Shown in pieces: positions 19,168-29,844 of a stretch of 64,000 bases of DNA. The DNA is from a virus (taxonomy: Duplodnaviria; Caudoviricetes): positions 1 to 64,000 of IMG/VR virus record IMGVR_UViG_3300028833_000098. The stretch is one strand, 5' to 3'. The notes beneath the pieces are model-generated. The model did not search any database and had not been told where the DNA came from. It saw nothing but the letters and a program-made list of their open reading frames with translations. The first letter of the stretch is position 1, and every line of letters begins with the position of its first letter. Both the position numbers and the translations under genes were made by a program.

Positions 19168-20199
19168 TTAATTCCCATCTTTTATCTTGATAAAGCCGAA
19201 TTGTTTTCCAAGAGCAACCATATGATTATGGTTAGCTCCTTCATCAACCGAAAAGTCAGATGATATATTATGATCTTTTTCTATTGAATCGACCATTCTA
19301 TTGGTATCCTCAGTATTTTTCGTACTTTTTATGAGATGTAATGCAAATTCATGATAAGACATTTTTCTGTTTTCTTTTTTATCAGTATAGCATGTATCTT
19401 CAATGAGATGTTTGTTAGCTTCGGAATCTGTTGTATTCATTCCATATGGAGCCTTTGCTCGAATATCACGAATTTCTTCAGCTAAAGATAAAAATTTTTC
19501 GGATCTTGTACCTTCAGCAGCTTTCACAGCGTTCTGTTCCTTTTGTTTATTTTTTATTTTACTGAGGTATTCACATTTTTCAAAATCTATCTTTGATAAT
19601 GGTCTAACAGGTAGAACAAATTTAAGCTTTACAGAAGTATCTTTTCCTGTGATTTCACCCTGTCTATTTTGTGTACCATTGAAAGGTGAGATTTTGTCAA
19701 CTTGTACAAATGATACTCCTCGGGTGTCTCGTTTTAATAAATTGATCAATTTATACACTGCCTCTATTTTGCCATTATACAATGCACTAATTAATCTATT
19801 CATAAGAGGAGTTCTCTTGATTAGTAGATCTCCTAAAGGATTATTTGGTTCATTGTTTTGTTTCTTTGCTTGTTGAGATGCCTCGAATGCGGAGATTATA
19901 TATTCCGCTAATATATAATTAGATTTTGCTATACTGGGGTTATGTGTTTTGAAATCACATTTGTATGTAAAAAATTTAGAAGGTGTTGATACAGTTTTAC
20001 CTGTATCAACACTAGCTTCCATCACAACTTTATCTGATATCATGTCATTTAATTTATTATATAAAGATTCGGGTATTGTAACATTGTTATTTATGTCACG
20101 TATCAGATTCATCTTGTTTGCATAATTCATATGTGCTTCGAAAACATTGATAGCTGATTCAAGAACAATTGCATCAATATCAATAAAATCAAATTCCAT
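19168..20199 (-). CDS. putative internal head protein (propeptide family, divergent)
   Basis: N-terminus IDIDAIVLESAINVFEAHMNYANK..VVMEA. Confidence 0.55.
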   Translation of the reverse strand: MEFDFIDIDAIVLESAINVFEAHMNYANKMNLIRDINNNVTIPESLYNKLNDMISDKVVMEASVDTGKTVSTPSKFFTYKCDFKTHNPSIAKSNYILAEYIISAFEASQQAKKQNNEPNNPLGDLLIKRTPLMNRLISALYNGKIEAVYKLINLLKRDTRGVSFVQVDKISPFNGTQNRQGEITGKDTSVKLKFVLPVRPLSKIDFEKCEYLSKIKNKQKEQNAVKAAEGTRSEKFLSLAEEIRDIRAKAPYGMNTTDSEANKHLIEDTCYTDKKENRKMSYHEFALHLIKSTKNTEDTNRMVDSIEKDHNISSDFSVDEGANHNHMVALGKQFGFIKIKDGN

Positions 20200-20204
20200 T
20201 TATA

Positions 20205-21356
20205 TCACACCTTTTGAAGATTATTCTTGTTGATAGCAGTTGTAACGTTCTTACCATCGGAAGAAATAACAATTCTGTCACCATTTACTTCAAGAACAGT
20301 GTATACCGAAACAAACATAGTGAACTTCTTATTTGTTCCATACACATAGTTTTGTCCCGATTTGATCTTAACCTTATCACCTTTCTTGAGTGTAATACTA
20401 CCCTTTACGACAACCCAACCTCTACCGGATTTGAGTTTTCCAAATGTAGCACTACCGGAGACCTTCTCATCGATGATAGTGTATACGCCAGTAGCTCCCA
20501 TTGTACCAACCATTCTGCCACCTGCAGATCCATATATGGGTTCACTGGCCTTGAATGATTTGGTGTATTCCTGGAATGTTGATACTGCCTTTACAAGTGT
20601 GATATCATTTGTCTTGATAGGAGATTGAATATTTCTATTCTTAGCTTCATTGAGACCAAGAACGGCTCTATCTCCAGAAATAGATGAGATGTACCATTTC
20701 TCATTTACAACCCACTGAGGAATACCACCACCATTATAGTATCTAGCACCGTCATTTATCTTTACAAGATCGCCGACCTTGAAAGATGTTTTGGATGTAG
20801 ATGATGTTGGATGTGCGGGTGCGGGAGTCGGATTGGTTGTAGCAGCATTCAGCTGAGCATTTACCTTATTACATATTTCTTGTGCTCTTGCTTTGATCCA
20901 AGGACCAGGGCATGCTGTTGCAGCAAACATATAGTGGAATGTGAGTGAACCATTCTTATTACCAGTGAATTCAAGCTTCTTTATACCATTTCTCTTACAG
21001 ATATCAACACAGAGTTTGATAAGAGAATTGTATGCAGCTGTCGATATAGGCCAATTAGGAGCACCATCTGAGTTAGATACCTCAATGGTGATAGCCTGAT
21101 GGTCATTTTCTGGTGAAGATGAACACCATGATCTGTCACTTTCAGGGCATGTTAAAACGATTCTACCATCATTACCGATACCATAGTTGGATGACATCTG
21201 TCTTGATGGTGCAGCAACTATATTGGCAAATGTTTCGATACTATTTACACCAGCCATGTGGTGAATAGTAATCTTTGTAATCGGTTTGTTTCTCGGCGAA
21301 TTTCTGTTTGGAGAAATTCTGGTTAAACTAACCAATGAACTGTTTGTGAATGCCAT
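20205..21356 (-). CDS. N-acetylmuramoyl-L-alanine amidase endolysin (Amidase_2) with C-terminal SH3-like binding modules
   Basis: ITIHHMAG, SSNYGIG, AITIEVSN, TFHYMFAATACPG; FKVGDLVKI and LKKGDKVKI modules; GKLKSGRGWV. Confidence 0.9.
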   Translation of the reverse strand: MAFTNSSLVSLTRISPNRNSPRNKPITKITIHHMAGVNSIETFANIVAAPSRQMSSNYGIGNDGRIVLTCPESDRSWCSSSPENDHQAITIEVSNSDGAPNWPISTAAYNSLIKLCVDICKRNGIKKLEFTGNKNGSLTFHYMFAATACPGPWIKARAQEICNKVNAQLNAATTNPTPAPAHPTSSTSKTSFKVGDLVKINDGARYYNGGGIPQWVVNEKWYISSISGDRAVLGLNEAKNRNIQSPIKTNDITLVKAVSTFQEYTKSFKASEPIYGSAGGRMVGTMGATGVYTIIDEKVSGSATFGKLKSGRGWVVVKGSITLKKGDKVKIKSGQNYVYGTNKKFTMFVSVYTVLEVNGDRIVISSDGKNVTTAINKNNLQKV

Positions 21357-21373
21357 AAATAATTCCTCCTTTA

Positions 21374-21658
21374 TTAATAATAATGGTTAAGATCCCTCTT
21401 TTTGATAATTTTATGTTTGAGCAGATAATCTATGACATCAGTACTATGTAATATGAATTGTTTGCTTGATGTACCTGCTACTGCACGTTTTTTCAAAGCT
21501 TCAAAGTATTCTTTATCCCAAGGCTTTTCTTTCTTTTTTATGTCATAATCAACAAAGAAATTGGGATTCTGTTTTTCATAGTATGATATAATATCATGAA
21601 CTTCTTCACGAGTGTGTCTGCCTTTAAATATGTCAATTATCAAAGAAGCGATTTTCAA
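21374..21658 (-). CDS. hypothetical protein
   Basis: TTG start with AAGGA RBS; KEKPWDKEYF motif. Confidence 0.55.
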   Translation of the reverse strand: MKIASLIIDIFKGRHTREEVHDIISYYEKQNPNFFVDYDIKKKEKPWDKEYFEALKKRAVAGTSSKQFILHSTDVIDYLLKHKIIKKRDLNHYY

Positions 21659-21708
21659 ATTATCATCCTTTTTATCAGGATAAGGATCTTCAGTTATTTT
21701 ATCTTTAA

Positions 21709-23031
21709 CTACACATCCTCCGAAGAATCATCCGACGACGCCTTAGGAGTTTTCTTTCCTTTTATCTTTTTAATAGCTTTATCAAGCTTGGTCGGATTCT
21801 CTTCATGGAGTTTCTTCTTCTCGTCATAATACTTTTGTACAGCAGCCTCATAAGTCTTCATGTCTGCTCCTTTAACAGCATCTTCCGTATTTTTGAAGAT
21901 ATCATTCAAAGCCTTATCGGTTGCTTCGGTGATTTCATCCGCTGTTGCGTCTGCTGGAAGCTTCTTCTTTGTGATAGCTTCATAGTAAGTCTGAACGATC
22001 CTGATCTTATATTTATCATCACTCTCATCATCATTCTGCGGATATTTATCCAGAATTTTGGGATTTGTTTTGGTGACCTTACTGTATATTTTATCAACAA
22101 CTCTGCCCTTAAATTTGTCATCTTCCTCATTCAACTTTATTGGAATATTGATATATCCAACAACCTTCTTTGCAACACTGAGTATTTTTGTACCAGCAAA
22201 TACAGCAGCATTGATTATAGTGAGTTTGTTTGATAATTCCTTGATTGAAACAAGAACATCATGATCTTCTTCATTACCACCATTGATTTTTATTTCCTTA
22301 AGCTTTTTGTCAACAAGTGTTGATGCAGCAACACCTGCTGATGTTAAACCGCCGGCAATACCAGATATATGACCTATGAGGTCTCCCAATGCTCCAAGAC
22401 CCATATCAATGACTTCTGATAATGAATGCTCTTTCTTTTTATGAATAATCTTATCACATTCATCTACGAAAGTTCTTATTTTACTAGGATTAGTAACATC
22501 AAACTCCGCCTTGATCTTTGTAAATAAGTTGAATATAAGATCACCGGTTCCAGCCAACCATGCGATTGCACCAAACGCATCTTTCCAGGTCTTTTTGAAT
22601 TTTATCTTACCAGACTTTTCGTCAAAGTAGACAACGTCTTTGCCTTCTTTTTCGTTGATCTCATTAACCTTTGCTTTCTTTTCTTCGGCATTGGCATATT
22701 TTTCAAACTTATTAGAAGCTTCTTTGAGTTTCTTTCCTAAGGAAGAGTCACTAAAGGCTTTGCTAATAGCTTTACACATTTCCTTTATGAGTCTTGGTAT
22801 AAACATCAGGAAAGTCACGAGCTTATTGGAATCCTTCTTACCAGCCTTCTTAACATTGTCAAGTACGGTTCCCTCCATGATATATTCATCTTTGAGTTCA
22901 TTAGAACAGAAATCCATGAAATCTATCTGTTTACTATATAGAGAAACCATTGATTCCAATACACAGAATGAAGAATTTTCCACCTCTGTATTTACGGCAT
23001 CAATAGCTGTAAGTATTTCGTTACTTATCAT
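21709..23031 (-). CDS. putative internal head/ejection protein (propeptide family)
   Basis: NEILTAID..VLESMVSLYSK..YIMEG, then FLMFIPRLIKEM. Confidence 0.65.
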   Translation of the reverse strand: MISNEILTAIDAVNTEVENSSFCVLESMVSLYSKQIDFMDFCSNELKDEYIMEGTVLDNVKKAGKKDSNKLVTFLMFIPRLIKEMCKAISKAFSDSSLGKKLKEASNKFEKYANAEEKKAKVNEINEKEGKDVVYFDEKSGKIKFKKTWKDAFGAIAWLAGTGDLIFNLFTKIKAEFDVTNPSKIRTFVDECDKIIHKKKEHSLSEVIDMGLGALGDLIGHISGIAGGLTSAGVAASTLVDKKLKEIKINGGNEEDHDVLVSIKELSNKLTIINAAVFAGTKILSVAKKVVGYINIPIKLNEEDDKFKGRVVDKIYSKVTKTNPKILDKYPQNDDESDDKYKIRIVQTYYEAITKKKLPADATADEITEATDKALNDIFKNTEDAVKGADMKTYEAAVQKYYDEKKKLHEENPTKLDKAIKKIKGKKTPKASSDDSSEDV

Positions 23032-23061
23032 TATTTAATCACCTCTGCAATTATAAAAATA

Positions 23062-23088
23062 TCATAGCCGGGAAATCCCCGGCTATGA
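23062..23088 (-). terminator. hairpin/terminator
   Basis: TCATAGCCGGG-AAATC-CCCGGCTATGA. Confidence 0.65.
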
Positions 23089-23104
23089 CATGTCGGGTTA
23101 CATA

Positions 23105-23200
23105 TTACTCTTCTTCACCTTTACCGTTGGATAGTTCTTCCTCCATTTCAGGTGTCAGTTCAACAGAGTCAGTTGTTAAGTTTTTCTCCTTATCATCCAT
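23105..23200 (-). CDS. 31-aa acidic micro-protein
   Basis: Not in the ORF track; MDDKEKNLTTDSVELTPEMEEELSNGKGEEE*; RBS GAAGGAG; overlaps the upstream stop. Confidence 0.55.
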   Translation of the reverse strand: MDDKEKNLTTDSVELTPEMEEELSNGKGEEE

Positions 23201-24683
23201 CGATCTCAGCTCCTTCTTTTGAATAGTCAGGTTTAGTCAGTAAGGAATAATCATCATCCTGATTGTGTTTCTTCCAATACTCTATAGCTCTCTTGTCACC
23301 GATTGGTCTACAGAGAATTGATCCATGAAACTTTTTATCCAAGTCATCACCAAATTTGGTACTAGGACCACCTCTCAATGAACCAAGATATGTCTTCGAA
23401 TATTCCTTTCCATCAATGACTTCAGTACCACCATCATCACCAGTAACTATTGCATGAAACTCATCACGAAGACCCTCATCAACAATATCGGATGTATCAG
23501 GAACTTCAACTTCGGCAGATTCTTTACCCCAGAATTCATCCTTCTGATCCTGCTTTTCTTCACGTGCAAGATTCCTTTCAAGACGTGCTGTTGAAAGTTC
23601 ATCCTGTCTTTCTTCATTACGTTCTTTGAGTTTGGTGAGTTTCTTCTGCTTCTTTGCGATACGCTTCTTGTCCTGTTCGAGACGTTTTGTTTCCTGCTTA
23701 GAACCCTTGATCTTTGATTTGAGTTCTTTTTCTTTGCGCTTCTCTTCAGCAAGTGCCTTATCTTCTTCCGGATCATGGCTGAAGTTAGCTCTTGCTGTAC
23801 CGAGGATTTTTCTTACGAAGAATGGTCCACCGTTAGCCATGTACTTGGCAATCTTACCGCCGATAGCACCGAATGTTGTAACAGTACTACATATCTCGGC
23901 ATATTTGGATATCTCATCCAACATATCCTTGATAGCAGCCTGTTCAGAAGCATCTTTACCTGTCTCAACAGCCTTCTGGAGCTGTTTCTCAAGTTTGAAT
24001 CTGACTTCATCGACGATACCACTAACGGCACGTGAAACACGTGATGAGTCTTTTACCATTTCAAACATTACATCAGCTGTGAGAACTCGTGCTTCATCAA
24101 GAGATGTTTTGCCAGAAAGTATTGATCTGAATTCCTTTACAAGAGTAGAATAACTGGAACCACCATCCCTAAGTTTCTTGAAGATGGGACCAACACCAGA
24201 AACTATCTTGATATAGTTTTTGATGTGCCAAAACTTTTTACCCAGAATGAAGTGTTTCTTAGTAGGTTCAAATGATATATTCTCATTTGACACTGCTTGA
24301 GTATTGGCCTGTGCAGTATTAAGCTTCTGGGGATCATTCTCGTTGTTGAGGTTGTTGATTGCTTCCGGAGCATTCTTATCAAGGTCGTCATCAAACTTGT
24401 CGGTGAATACCGATGCAATAGCTTTGACAATACCTGCCAGAAGACGGGGTATGAAAAGAATTATCTTTTTGAAAGCACTATCGAAAGTATTCTTTCCAGT
24501 AGCTTCATCCATGATTTTTCCTTCCATTACTACAGCTTCCTGGAATATGGAGAATTCAAAGAAATCTGACATTTTGTCATATTCTTTTATCATTGCATCA
24601 AGTACATTGATAGTTGATTCCTGAACGGAATAACCTATATCATCAATCGATGAGAGGATTTCGTTTTCAACATAAACACTCAT
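23193..24683 (-). CDS. putative internal head/ejection protein (propeptide family)
   Basis: NEILSSID..VQES..YDK..FSIFQEAVVMEG, then ILFIPRLL. Confidence 0.65.
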   Translation of the reverse strand: MSVYVENEILSSIDDIGYSVQESTINVLDAMIKEYDKMSDFFEFSIFQEAVVMEGKIMDEATGKNTFDSAFKKIILFIPRLLAGIVKAIASVFTDKFDDDLDKNAPEAINNLNNENDPQKLNTAQANTQAVSNENISFEPTKKHFILGKKFWHIKNYIKIVSGVGPIFKKLRDGGSSYSTLVKEFRSILSGKTSLDEARVLTADVMFEMVKDSSRVSRAVSGIVDEVRFKLEKQLQKAVETGKDASEQAAIKDMLDEISKYAEICSTVTTFGAIGGKIAKYMANGGPFFVRKILGTARANFSHDPEEDKALAEEKRKEKELKSKIKGSKQETKRLEQDKKRIAKKQKKLTKLKERNEERQDELSTARLERNLAREEKQDQKDEFWGKESAEVEVPDTSDIVDEGLRDEFHAIVTGDDGGTEVIDGKEYSKTYLGSLRGGPSTKFGDDLDKKFHGSILCRPIGDKRAIEYWKKHNQDDDYSLLTKPDYSKEGAEIDG

Positions 24684-24703
24684 TGATTATTATCCTCCTT
24701 TCA

Positions 24704-26953
24704 TCAAAATACTTTGTCGTCATTAAACCATTCTATGAATGATTCAGTCAGTACGATATTGTGTTTTGATATAAGATTATTGAGATGCTTATCGAGATCT
24801 TCTGCTTCTTCAGGAGAGAATGTTGTTGAGTTGTATATAGTACTGATATTTGTCTTATGAATATCTGAGAAGTTATCAACGATCCATTTGCAATACTTCT
24901 TTATTTCCGGATCAAGATCCTTCTGTGCAAGAAGAGTCTTCGCTGCACGTACAGAAGCATGACATCTTTCGAGTGGTGTTGGATAAGATGAAAATACATT
25001 CTTATGGAGTTCCATTTCAAGTTTAGCAAGCTCATTAAGCTTCTCTGTTTTGAACTCATTTGGAGTGTACTTTTCCTTACTGCTACCAACGAAGAATGTT
25101 ATAGGAAGCTGATACATTGAAGCAAAGAGATCACAGTAATATTCTTCATAGAGTTTTGCAGAAGAATAGGTTGATATTGCATCAATGTATGCGAGAGATA
25201 ATGTCATTGTTCCCAATAATCCAGCAATACCAGCACCGCCTACTATTACAGGCAGTGCAGCACCTTCTGTCATAATCGTACCAACGATACCAGCAGCTGC
25301 AATAAGTGACCAGGTGATATACCGTGCAGGACCCGGCTTTGAAGTGTTCTTTACAGACTTCTTATATCTCTTTATAAGAGAATCTATATATGCATCAGCA
25401 TTCTCAGTTCTCTTTGCATTAGCAGCAAGTTTCTTTGCTGCACTTTCCTTTTCTTCAACCATCGACAATGCAACGAGCTGCTTAACCATCTTCTTCTTTG
25501 CAATCTTATCTATAAGCTTGCTATTTGAAACAGCATCAATTGAATCAACATAATTCTGCATGATGATTCTCTTTTTCTTAACATCGTCTGTTGAACCAGC
25601 CGCATTAAGTGCTGTTACGAGAGACATAGCCATCTTTGCACTTTCCTCACGTAATACAAGAGAAATGTTATGGAATATCTCATGAAGGAATATCGATACC
25701 ATTGTCTGTCCGAACAGCTTCGAATTAGAGTTATTAGACTCGAAGAATCTGTTGAATACATATATCGATATTGGCTGACCATTAAGCTGGAAACCTTTTG
25801 ATTTTGATATAGTGAGATTTCTCTTTATATCACGATGGAGACGTGTTGCAACGTTCTCGTATCCAGACTTATCTGCAAAGAAACGAATGTTGATATTACA
25901 GTCGAACTGTTTATTCAAACACTCAACACCCTTCTTGAATGATGGGTTATTCAAGAATTTCTTTGTGTCAAGTTTTTCTGCGTCAGCATCCTGTTCAGAA
26001 CGAGCGTCATTGAAGAACTTGATTGCTTTAACAATATTTGAATTATCAAACCTCATGTATTTGATGTCTTCTTTTGTTATAACCTTCTTTTTCTTGGGGT
26101 TTTTCTTTGTGTCAGTTGCAGATTCAACATATACTGAATCAATGGGCTTAACAAAGTCAAAACCATGTTTCTGAAGAAGATCATAACCGAGATGTGTTGT
26201 ATCACCCATCTTAGCTATCATATTTACATGATATGCAGATTCCTGTATTTCATCAGGAATACTTGTTGCCTGAACATTAACTTGATCAGCAGCTTCATCG
26301 GCAGATGCATTCATATCAACATTTGCAGATATGTCTGAATCTTCATCATTGAAATAATCATCGCCAGGTCTTTTTGCACTTGCTGAAGGATCAAATGTTG
26401 GTATTGTGTTGGATGCTCTCAGTTCAGCAACCTTTGCTACGGCAGCGGGTGTATTGGGCATATCAACTGCACCTGAATCATATGCATGAATTTCTCCACC
26501 CTCATCATCATTATAAATACCAATGCATTTACCCTTTGGGCCATTTGATAACATTGATATCTTATCGGCCATCTGACCATTCGCAATGTTTCTTGCCTGA
26601 TAGTCATTGATCTTATCATCTATTCTCTGAGAGATATAATCAAGAACACTTCCTATCGCCTGCATGATAACCTTTGTCTGGCCAGCAGGATTAGCAACAG
26701 GAGGAGCTATGATGGTGTCGTCTTCAACTCTAACCGATGTTGCAGCATCATCAGAAATGATATTCGTTGCAGGTATACCATACATTGCTCCAACTGCTTC
26801 AAGTGCAGCTACAAGATCGGGAGCTTCGGAAACAAGCTTATTGACTTTTTCCTGTACAGAATTTACTACCTGTTTACTTTCAGCCAATGTACTGCTCGTA
26901 TTTGTATTGATATTACTCATTGGAGTAATTGTTTCCTGAATAGGTTTAAGCAT
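24704..26953 (-). CDS. virion-associated M48/HtpX-like membrane zinc metalloprotease, paralog 1
   Basis: FLHEIFHN, TM hairpin, EEYYCDLFA, YPTPLER; RBS GGGAGG before the ATG at 26953. Confidence 0.65.
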   Translation of the reverse strand: MLKPIQETITPMSNINTNTSSTLAESKQVVNSVQEKVNKLVSEAPDLVAALEAVGAMYGIPATNIISDDAATSVRVEDDTIIAPPVANPAGQTKVIMQAIGSVLDYISQRIDDKINDYQARNIANGQMADKISMLSNGPKGKCIGIYNDDEGGEIHAYDSGAVDMPNTPAAVAKVAELRASNTIPTFDPSASAKRPGDDYFNDEDSDISANVDMNASADEAADQVNVQATSIPDEIQESAYHVNMIAKMGDTTHLGYDLLQKHGFDFVKPIDSVYVESATDTKKNPKKKKVITKEDIKYMRFDNSNIVKAIKFFNDARSEQDADAEKLDTKKFLNNPSFKKGVECLNKQFDCNINIRFFADKSGYENVATRLHRDIKRNLTISKSKGFQLNGQPISIYVFNRFFESNNSNSKLFGQTMVSIFLHEIFHNISLVLREESAKMAMSLVTALNAAGSTDDVKKKRIIMQNYVDSIDAVSNSKLIDKIAKKKMVKQLVALSMVEEKESAAKKLAANAKRTENADAYIDSLIKRYKKSVKNTSKPGPARYITWSLIAAAGIVGTIMTEGAALPVIVGGAGIAGLLGTMTLSLAYIDAISTYSSAKLYEEYYCDLFASMYQLPITFFVGSSKEKYTPNEFKTEKLNELAKLEMELHKNVFSSYPTPLERCHASVRAAKTLLAQKDLDPEIKKYCKWIVDNFSDIHKTNISTIYNSTTFSPEEAEDLDKHLNNLISKHNIVLTESFIEWFNDDKVF

Positions 26954-29363
26954 TATTATTACCTCCCTCTGTATTTGTTGTTGTCGCAGCCGAAGAACTC
27001 TGCTGATTTTTGTAATTCTGTATAATTGTTGTATACAGAGCCCATCTTTCCTTGACAATGGGATTAAGGATGTATGTTGTTATTGTACGAGCAAGATCGG
27101 TGAAAGCTTTCTGATATGCTTTTGACAATGTGTCAAGCTTTTTCTTAACACCTTCTGCAAGGTTCTGCTCATTCAACTTTGCATCTATCTTAGTTTTGAT
27201 AGCATCGTTCTTTTTGGCAAATGCCGCAACGGTTTTGTCGATTGCATCGGCAGAACTGAGAACGTCGGAATAGCAATCTTCCCATAGCTGAGGTGTCATA
27301 TCACCAACAGTGGTCTGCTGTGATTCATCAGTTGTATCAAAGAAGTAATACTTGATAACTCTGTCTGTTATATCCTTCCAGTTTGTCTTATCTGCACCAC
27401 CACTATTTTCAGATGTGATGATATTATCGGTATTATCAATACCAAGCATAAGAAGAACCAGTTTTTCGAATGAAGTATTCTGATCACCATTATCAGCGAG
27501 ATAGTTTTCTACTACATTATCATTTGCCTTTTCAAACTTCGGTACAGAGATCTTCCAGTTCTTGTAATCCTTCAGATAAGGTCTGAAATCTCTACCGATT
27601 TTAGAACCAATCTCTTTATTGAGAGAATCATTCTTCTTTATGTATTCAATATACTTATTGAGTTTCTCACGAGACTCTTTACCGAAGTTACTGAATATCT
27701 TCTTGAACCATTCAGCAATCTTTGCCATCAGCTTCTTGATTCCATCAGTATTTGTTGGTTTGATTTCATTGCCGTTACCATCCTTGAATGTGACGCCTTT
27801 ATATCCGCTTTCTTCAGCCTTTGATCCCTGAGAGGAACCTGTCTGATCAGTTGTAGGTGCATCAGCTTCCATGATGTAACCCTCACCAATGAATCCAGGA
27901 GCAGCAGCATTAGGCATATCATCAGTGCACTTGATGACCTGGGTGTTGTTGTAATACAACCTGAGCATGTTTCTTGTAAGAATCTCACCGAGAAGAACAA
28001 GAACATCCTTTGTGAGTTCATAGTTTTCTATAGGTGCACCATCACTATATGCATGAATTATGCCCTTGATTGCTCCAGCGATGCTAATGATGTTTTCAGC
28101 AAGCTCGTCATTACTCTTGAGCTCTACACCACCATACATTTTGTAGATCATATCGAGAGAGTTAGTGATGGGATGAACATGATTGTTTCCAACTGCATCA
28201 CGACGATAGTTTCCATCAAGATAGTTATTACCGAAAGCTATTGTATCAAGCCAATCCACTTTTGTCTGGAATCCAGCAACGTCTTTAAGAGGATCAACAT
28301 ATTCACTTTCGCCATCTTTCTTGAACACATCAGCAAGACAACGCTCATTACATCTATTGATACCGAGGAACATTCTGGCGATTGCATCACCACCATGGAA
28401 ATTTCTACCGGCATCCTTTGGCGCATATTTGTTAACAAGTATTGCGATAGGTGATCTACCATCCTTCATGATGAAATGTAACGCATCATGTGTATCCTTG
28501 AAGTTAGGCGTAACATCCTGAAGAACTACATCTCTCATGTTACAATTGAAAGGAATTCTGTTTCTGATCATGTAGTCATTTGACTTACACATGCAGCATT
28601 CAGTCACAACGTTCTCTTTATCAGAATTCTCATCCTTGACTTTCTTGAAAGTATAGTCTGTTGCCGGATTACAATAAGCATACATCTGTAATACTGTGCA
28701 TGTATTTACAGTAGCTGCAAAGAGTAAGAAATCCTGAACGGTAGTAGTGATAGCCTTCATGATACCTTGAGAATATACACATGCGTCATTCAATATCTTA
28801 GGAAGTGCATCAACAAGCTTCTTTGCATTAGCAGCAAAGTGCATGTCATTCATCTTCTTGATATCTTCAGAAGCAAGTTTGATTCTCTGTACCATTTCTC
28901 CCTTACTGTAGACTGATACAGGACCATAGTCGTTTGCACATACCATCTCAAGATCCTGAAGGGTTTGTGCACGAGGATCTACATGATCATGAGAATCATC
29001 TATGGTAGCATCATCATCTATGGGTGCACTACCATTATCCTCAAAGCATTTCTTAACTGATGCAACGAGGAATGTGTTGAGATCATTCATGTTGTCATGG
29101 AAAAATCCTCCATCAACGGCTCTTACAAGATTATCAACAAATGTTGAAATGTCCTTTGGTGCAATAAATCTTGTGTTGTATGATGTTGCACATACACCAT
29201 AGTCACAATCGATCTTACCAGAACTCATCTTGTTCAATGATTCGAGTGAATCAGAATATGCTTTTACCAATGCATCAAACTTTATTCTGAATGCCTTGGA
29301 AAAATCACATTTCAACTTTGGACTCTCCTCAACAGGAGAAATCTTTTTATTGGATCTATTCAT
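26946..29363 (-). CDS. large putative virion (head) protein
   Basis: 805 aa; internal YIMEA followed by the amphipathic helix GIKKLMAKIAEWFKKIF seen in the paralog family. Confidence 0.55.
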   Translation of the reverse strand: MNRSNKKISPVEESPKLKCDFSKAFRIKFDALVKAYSDSLESLNKMSSGKIDCDYGVCATSYNTRFIAPKDISTFVDNLVRAVDGGFFHDNMNDLNTFLVASVKKCFEDNGSAPIDDDATIDDSHDHVDPRAQTLQDLEMVCANDYGPVSVYSKGEMVQRIKLASEDIKKMNDMHFAANAKKLVDALPKILNDACVYSQGIMKAITTTVQDFLLFAATVNTCTVLQMYAYCNPATDYTFKKVKDENSDKENVVTECCMCKSNDYMIRNRIPFNCNMRDVVLQDVTPNFKDTHDALHFIMKDGRSPIAILVNKYAPKDAGRNFHGGDAIARMFLGINRCNERCLADVFKKDGESEYVDPLKDVAGFQTKVDWLDTIAFGNNYLDGNYRRDAVGNNHVHPITNSLDMIYKMYGGVELKSNDELAENIISIAGAIKGIIHAYSDGAPIENYELTKDVLVLLGEILTRNMLRLYYNNTQVIKCTDDMPNAAAPGFIGEGYIMEADAPTTDQTGSSQGSKAEESGYKGVTFKDGNGNEIKPTNTDGIKKLMAKIAEWFKKIFSNFGKESREKLNKYIEYIKKNDSLNKEIGSKIGRDFRPYLKDYKNWKISVPKFEKANDNVVENYLADNGDQNTSFEKLVLLMLGIDNTDNIITSENSGGADKTNWKDITDRVIKYYFFDTTDESQQTTVGDMTPQLWEDCYSDVLSSADAIDKTVAAFAKKNDAIKTKIDAKLNEQNLAEGVKKKLDTLSKAYQKAFTDLARTITTYILNPIVKERWALYTTIIQNYKNQQSSSAATTTNTEGGNNNA

Positions 29364-29450
29364 ATCAAAGCTCCTTTACATATTTTTTATCCCGGTCTTG
29401 CAGGGAATTATCATTCCGTTTACGAACATTCTATATATTGATAATATTTA

Positions 29451-29473
29451 TTACGGGGGATGATCCCCCGTAA
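29451..29473. other. GC-rich hairpin at a divergent junction
   Basis: TTACGGGGGA-TGA-TCCCCCGTAA. Confidence 0.5.
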
Positions 29474-29495
29474 AATATATATTATTATTTTGAAG
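29471..29495 (+). promoter_or_regulatory. putative early promoter (TATATTAT core)
   Basis: TAAAATATATATTATTATTTTGAAG. Confidence 0.55.
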
Positions 29496-29538
29496 GGAAT
29501 GCCAGGATGAAAACTCTAAATCCAGAAAGGATGATAAA

Positions 29539-29694
29539 ATGAATTCAGAAGTCTTTGAACGGTTTCTCAAATTAGTATCAATTGCAGACAATACTGATCT
29601 GATTGAACCAACGAAGAAAGTTATCAGCAAGGAACTTTCGATCAAATTAAAAGACATTGATAGTCTTGAAACTTATGAACGAGCATATGGTTGA
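29539..29694 (+). CDS. small hypothetical protein (51 aa)
   Basis: Not in the ORF track; MNSEVFERFLKLVSIAD..ERAYG*; RBS AGAAAGGA. Confidence 0.55.
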   Translation: MNSEVFERFLKLVSIADNTDLIEPTKKVISKELSIKLKDIDSLETYERAYG

Positions 29695-29762
29695 TGACCT
29701 TATGTTTATCATCAATAATTCACAATGTTGGCAACCATTTCATCCTGACATTACCTAACATG

Positions 29763-29835
29763 TTTTCTATGCTGCCCCGAAATATATGCTACTGGCTATT
29801 ATTTTGATTTTCTACATATATATTATTACTATGAA
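29763..29835 (+). promoter_or_regulatory. repeated promoter cassette, copy 3
   Basis: TTTTCTATGCTG..TATGCTACTGGCTATTATTTT..TTCTACATATATATTATTACTATGA. Confidence 0.75.
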
Positions 29836-29844
29836 GAAGAAAGA

